Positions 59,569-64,000 of a DNA stretch of 64,000 bases are shown here, piece after piece. Both the position numbers and the translations under genes were made by a program. The DNA lies in the NCBI GenBank assembly GCA_963798085.1, contig CAWCRS010000007.1:96001-160000 (forward strand), given 5' to 3'. The notes under the pieces are model-generated. The model did no database searches. It saw only the letters and a list, made by a program, of their open reading frames with translations, and was not told the origin of the DNA. Position 1 is the first letter of the stretch, and each line of letters starts with the position of its first letter. This DNA is from an uncultured Gemmatimonadales bacterium. GTDB lineage: Bacteria; Gemmatimonadota; Gemmatimonadetes; Longimicrobiales; RSA9.

Positions 59569-62500
59569 CTAACCGACTGTTTCGGCGGTGGCGCGCTCCC
59601 GGCGCTGCGCGTGGGCCGGGAGCGGGGCATGCATTGGCGTCTCCTGCAGGAGCGCCAGCACGCCGGCCAGCGGTATGTCCAGCCAGTCGGGCCGGTTGCC
59701 CAGCTCGTAACGCACTTCGTAGAAGGCTTTCTCCACGGCAAAGAAGCGCACCACACGCGTTGCCGTGCTGCGGGCTGGAAAGCCCGGCAACGCGCTCATG
59801 GCGGCGAAGTAGGCATTGAGCAAGGCGGCCTCGATCTGGCGCAGCCGATGGCGGGCATGGGCCGCGAGGCGCTCCGTGTCATGCGTGACGCCGGACTGCA
59901 CGCGGCGCAACGCGGTCTGCGCGGCATAATCGAAGGAACGCAGCAGGCCGCCCACATCCCGCAGTGGCGAGTGTTTGCGGCGCCGTTGCTCATTGCTGCG
60001 CAGCGGCTCACCCTCGAAGTCGATGATCACGAAATCGTCGTTCACCAGCAGGACCTGACCGAGATGGAAGTCGCCATGATGCCGCGTCAGGGGCAGTGTG
60101 CCATGGCCAGGCAGCAGGGCGCGGGCCCGCCGGGCGAGCTGCGGGCCCGCCTCGAGCAGATTCTCGGCCAGCGGCCGCGCCGCTGGTGACAGCATGTCGA
60201 GGGCGGACTCGAGCATGACCAGCGTGCGCCCGGCTTCCGACTCGAGGTTGGCGGCCCAGCAATCGAAGTCTGCGTTCGTCGCCAGTTCCGGATCGAACCC
60301 CGCATCACCGGTGTGCTGCGCCAGCGCCAGGTGCAGTGCCGCCGTGCGCGCTCCCAGTCTGCGGATCCGCTCGATGAAGCCCTCGTGACGATGCTCGACA
60401 CGGGCTTGCAGCCGCTCGTGCTCGAGGTCGTGCACGAAGTACTCGACGGTCCAGGTCCAGGCGTCGCCCTGGTTCTCGACATAGCCCTGCAGCAGCGCCA
60501 GTACTGTCGGCGTGCCATCCGCGGCGATGCTCTCCAGCGCGCCGGCGACGGGCACAATATGGTCGCAGGGCACGCGCTCGGTGAGGAATCGGCCCACCTC
60601 CAGCTCGCTGTTGCTGCCGGCATGCAGGCGACGCAATCCCTTCAGCAGCACGCGATCGTCGATGATGACAACGCTGTTACTGCCCTCGACGTGCGGGCGC
60701 CGCAGTCCCGGCTCGGGACTGGCGTGCGCAGCCAGGCGGTCGAGGGCACTGGTGCGCGAGAAACGCAGCTGGCCCGCGCCGAAAGGCACCGTCTCCGCGG
60801 CCGCCATCGCATCGACCAGCGCCAGGCAGAAGGCGGCATCGGCGAACGCATTGTACAGGATGCCCAGCCGGGAATGGTGGCGCACGCTGGCCAGGGTCAC
60901 GGAACGCAGGCGGCTGGCGCGCTCTTCGTCTTCGCCCCAGGCAAGTGTCAGCGGTACGAAGTAGCGCTCGCTGACGCCGTCGTCGAGCTGCACGTCCACG
61001 ATGCCGAGCAGCCAGCGGCCGCCGTCGCGCGACCACTCCTGCAGGTGCTTCAGCGTGACGGAGCGCATGGTCTTGTGTTTGGCGCCGAACCAGCGCTGCG
61101 CGGTGAGGAATGGCGGCAGCACTTCCTGCTCGAGCTGTTCGCGCAGATGCTCCGCAAGGCCTCGCCGTGCGGGCGCCACCTCGTCGGGGAAGAATGTCTG
61201 CCAGCCTTCGGCCAGCACCAGCGCGGGCATCTCGCTGGGGCGGATCCACGCCTCGTGCCAGGGCGGAACCTCGGCTTCGGTGGCGAGACGGAACCAGTAC
61301 ACGCCGTAGCCGGGCAGGGTCAGCAGGTATGGCAATTCACCGACGGGCGGGAACGAAGTCGATCCCATCAGCTCGACGGGAACACGACCATTGAAGGCGC
61401 GCAGATCCAGCTCGACGGGCTGCGCCGAGCGGGCCAGGTTGGCGACGCACAGGATCACGTCATCCTCATACGAGCGCAGATATGCGAGCACCTTGCGATT
61501 GCCCGGTCGCAGGAACTCAATGCTGCCTCTCCCGAAGGCCGGGTGCTCGCGGCGCACGCCGATGAGACGACGCATCCAGTTGAGCTGCGATGACGGATCC
61601 CTCGACTGCGATTCCACATTCACGGACTCGTAGCCGTAGACGGGATCCATGATGGGTGGCAGATAGAGGCGTTGCGGATCGGCGCGCGAGAAGCCGGCGT
61701 TGCGGTCGGGACTCCACTGCATGGGTGTGCGCACGCCATCGCGGTCGCCCAGGAAGATGTTGTCGCCCATGCCGATCTCATCGCCGTAGTAGACGATGGG
61801 CGAGCCGGGCATGGACATTAACAGCGAGTTCATGAGCCGGATGCGGCCCAGGTCGTTCTCCATCAGGGGCGCGAGCCGCCGGCGGATGCCGACGTTCACG
61901 CGCATGCGCGGGTCGGTTGCGTACTGGCGGTACATGTAGTCGCGCTCGCGGTCGGTCACCATCTCGAGCGTCAGCTCATCGTGATTGCGCAGGAAGATGG
62001 CCCACTGGCAGGACCCCGGGATGGCAGGCGTCTGGCGCATGATGTCGACTATGGGGTGGCGGTCTTCCAGCGCCACCGCCATGTACATGCGCGGCATGAG
62101 CGGGAAATGGTATGCCATGTGGCACTCATCGCCCTGGCCGAAATACTCGCGCACATCCTCGGGCCACTGATTGGCTTCGGCCAGCAGCATGCGGTCGCCG
62201 TAGTGCCGGTCGACGAACGCGCGCAGGTCGCGCACCACTTCGTGGGTCTCCGGCAGGTTCTCGTTGCTGGTGCCGTCGCGCTCGCAGAGGTAGGGGATGG
62301 CGTCCAGGCGCAGACCGTCGACGCCCATGTCCAGCCAGAAGCGCATCACGCCCTTCACGGCGCGCACCACCTGCGGATTATTGAAATTCAGGTCGGGCTG
62401 ATGCGCGAAGAAGCGGTGCCAGTAGTACGAGCGGGCCACCGGATCCCACGCCCAGTTGGAAGACTCCGTGTCGGTGAAGATAATGCGTGTGTCGCGCCAC

Positions 62501-62937
62501 TTCTGGTCGCTGTCGCTCCACACGTAGTAATTGCGACGGGCGGATCCGGGTGCGGCGCGTCTCGCCTGCTGGAACCAGCGGTGCTCGTCGGACGTGTGAT
62601 TGATGACCAGCTCCGTGATGACGCGCATGCCGCGGCGGTGCGCCTCGCGCACGAACTGGCGGAAATCGCGCAGGCGGCCGTAGCCCGGGTGTATGCTGCG
62701 ATAATCGGCAATGTCGTAACCGTCATCGCGCATGGGCGACGGATAGAAGGGCAGCAGCCACAGCGTGTTGACGCCCAGGTCGCGCAGATAGTCGAGGCGG
62801 GTCGTGAGTCCGGGAAAGTCGCCGATGCCATCGGCGTTGGTATCGAAGAACGCCTTGACGTGCAGCTGATAGATGATCGCGTCGCGATACCACAGTCGAT
62901 CGGTGTGCGCGTCGAAGGGTGACGGAGGACTCGCCAT
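59569..62937 (-). CDS. treS: Trehalose synthase / maltokinase fusion
   Basis: WYRDAIIYQLHV, DDGYDI, DGLRLDAIPYL, LAEANQW, FLRNHDELTLE and RDGVRTPMQW; C-terminal maltokinase HGDFHLGQ, IIDFEGEP and EKAFYEVRYE. Confidence 0.95.
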   Translation of the reverse strand: MASPPSPFDAHTDRLWYRDAIIYQLHVKAFFDTNADGIGDFPGLTTRLDYLRDLGVNTLWLLPFYPSPMRDDGYDIADYRSIHPGYGRLRDFRQFVREAHRRGMRVITELVINHTSDEHRWFQQARRAAPGSARRNYYVWSDSDQKWRDTRIIFTDTESSNWAWDPVARSYYWHRFFAHQPDLNFNNPQVVRAVKGVMRFWLDMGVDGLRLDAIPYLCERDGTSNENLPETHEVVRDLRAFVDRHYGDRMLLAEANQWPEDVREYFGQGDECHMAYHFPLMPRMYMAVALEDRHPIVDIMRQTPAIPGSCQWAIFLRNHDELTLEMVTDRERDYMYRQYATDPRMRVNVGIRRRLAPLMENDLGRIRLMNSLLMSMPGSPIVYYGDEIGMGDNIFLGDRDGVRTPMQWSPDRNAGFSRADPQRLYLPPIMDPVYGYESVNVESQSRDPSSQLNWMRRLIGVRREHPAFGRGSIEFLRPGNRKVLAYLRSYEDDVILCVANLARSAQPVELDLRAFNGRVPVELMGSTSFPPVGELPYLLTLPGYGVYWFRLATEAEVPPWHEAWIRPSEMPALVLAEGWQTFFPDEVAPARRGLAEHLREQLEQEVLPPFLTAQRWFGAKHKTMRSVTLKHLQEWSRDGGRWLLGIVDVQLDDGVSERYFVPLTLAWGEDEERASRLRSVTLASVRHHSRLGILYNAFADAAFCLALVDAMAAAETVPFGAGQLRFSRTSALDRLAAHASPEPGLRRPHVEGSNSVVIIDDRVLLKGLRRLHAGSNSELEVGRFLTERVPCDHIVPVAGALESIAADGTPTVLALLQGYVENQGDAWTWTVEYFVHDLEHERLQARVEHRHEGFIERIRRLGARTAALHLALAQHTGDAGFDPELATNADFDCWAANLESEAGRTLVMLESALDMLSPAARPLAENLLEAGPQLARRARALLPGHGTLPLTRHHGDFHLGQVLLVNDDFVIIDFEGEPLRSNEQRRRKHSPLRDVGGLLRSFDYAAQTALRRVQSGVTHDTERLAAHARHRLRQIEAALLNAYFAAMSALPGFPARSTATRVVRFFAVEKAFYEVRYELGNRPDWLDIPLAGVLALLQETPMHAPLPAHAQRRERATAETVG

Positions 62938-62943
62938 GTGCCT

Positions 62944-64000
62944 CTACAGGAAGTATTCGAAGTCGCGCTCGGTGCGCAGACGGTGCCGCACGCGGAAGAT
63001 GTGAGCCGGCATGATGGCCGGATCGAGCGCGACGTAGTTGCGATGGCCCTGCCAGAGATAGCGGGCATCACTCAGCAGATCGTGCATCTGGTAGGGCCGA
63101 TCCGGCGTCAGCCCGAGCTGCTCGAGCGGCAGCTCCAGGAACGCGGTCTGGGCGTGGTGCGGATCCAGATTGACCACTACGATCAGCGTGTTATCCAGAT
63201 CCGGCGTGGCCTTGGCCCACGCGATCATCGCGGGATTGTCAATGTTCAGCAGCCTGAGGTTCCAGTCATTGTGCAGCGCCGGATTCTCGCGGCGGATGCG
63301 ATTGACGCGCGCAATGAAGGCGCCCAGGCTGTCGTCGCGATCGACCGGCCAGTCGCGTAACTGGTACTTCTCGGAATCGCGGTACTCCTCGGAACCCGGC
63401 TGCCGCGGCGCGCTGTCGCACAGCTCGAAGGCCGGGCCATAGATGCCGTAACTCGCGGCCAGGGTGGCGGCCAGCGTGAAACGCACGAGGAAGGCCGGGC
63501 GTCCGCCGAACTGCAGATACTCCGTGAGAATGTCGGGCGTGTTGGGCCAGAGGTTGGGCCGCATGTACTCGCGGCCCTGGCCGTGCATCAGCTCGCGGAT
63601 GTAGAGGGCCAGCTCTTCCGCCGTGTTGCGCCATGTGAAGTACGTGTACGACTGATTGAAGCCCACCCGGGAAAGGCGGTGCATGATGCGCGGCCGCGTG
63701 AACGCCTCGGACAGGAAGATCACATCGGGGTAGCGATCGCGCAGCGAGCCCAGCGCCCATTCCCAGAACGGGAACGGCTTGGTGTGCGGATTGTCGACGC
63801 GAAAAATGCGCACACCCTCGTCGACCCAGAACTGGAACACGCTTTCCAGCTCCCGCCACAGCCCGGCCCAGTCTTCGCTCTCGAAATCGAAGGGGTAGAT
63901 GTCCTCGTATTTCTTGGGCGGGTTCTCCGCGAACTGGATGGTCCCGTCCGGGCAATGGCGGAACCAGTCCGGATGCTGCTTCACGTACGGGTGGTCCGGC
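62944..64000 (-). CDS. glgE: Alpha-1,4-glucan:maltose-1-phosphate maltosyltransferase (5' truncated)
   Basis: AENPPKKYEDIY, FRVDNPHTKP, FLSEAFTRP, QSYTYFTWRN, NTPDIL and SEKYQ. Confidence 0.95.
   Translation of the reverse strand, partial: PDHPYVKQHPDWFRHCPDGTIQFAENPPKKYEDIYPFDFESEDWAGLWRELESVFQFWVDEGVRIFRVDNPHTKPFPFWEWALGSLRDRYPDVIFLSEAFTRPRIMHRLSRVGFNQSYTYFTWRNTAEELALYIRELMHGQGREYMRPNLWPNTPDILTEYLQFGGRPAFLVRFTLAATLAASYGIYGPAFELCDSAPRQPGSEEYRDSEKYQLRDWPVDRDDSLGAFIARVNRIRRENPALHNDWNLRLLNIDNPAMIAWAKATPDLDNTLIVVVNLDPHHAQTAFLELPLEQLGLTPDRPYQMHDLLSDARYLWQGHRNYVALDPAIMPAHIFRVRHRLRTERDFEYFL

Noticed and set aside
59569..64000. TreS-maltokinase fusion with GlgE as a novelty
   Set aside because: This is the well-known GlgE alpha-glucan pathway arrangement.

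Overview
High-GC (about 70% by eye) bacterial chromosomal segment. The gene repertoire (PadR plus duplicated ABC permease, BTAD-TPR regulator, DUF5916, carboxypeptidase-regulatory-domain and HAF/RCC1 lipoproteins, TreS-Mak/GlgE) suggests Gemmatimonadota or a similar soil lineage; this is inference. It holds about 45 protein-coding genes for DNA repair (Lhr helicase, HhH-GPD glycosylase, pyrimidine-dimer glycosylase), metabolism, sulfur handling (MBL-rhodanese plus YeeE pair), signalling (PAS hybrid kinase, ECF sigma/anti-sigma) and transport. Many genes carry single-base frameshifts, densest at about 52.3-56.2 kb, which look like long-read errors rather than pseudogenes. I found no rRNA, tRNA, CRISPR-cas, integrase or transposase. 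The most unusual signal is non-coding: several long intergenic regions hold structured repeat elements (long inverted repeats, tandem hairpin units, hexamer tracts). Several share an AACGGA(T) / TAAC-N5-GTTA core with the spacing of an integron-type recombination simple site, and one repeat unit sits in-frame inside the Lhr gene.
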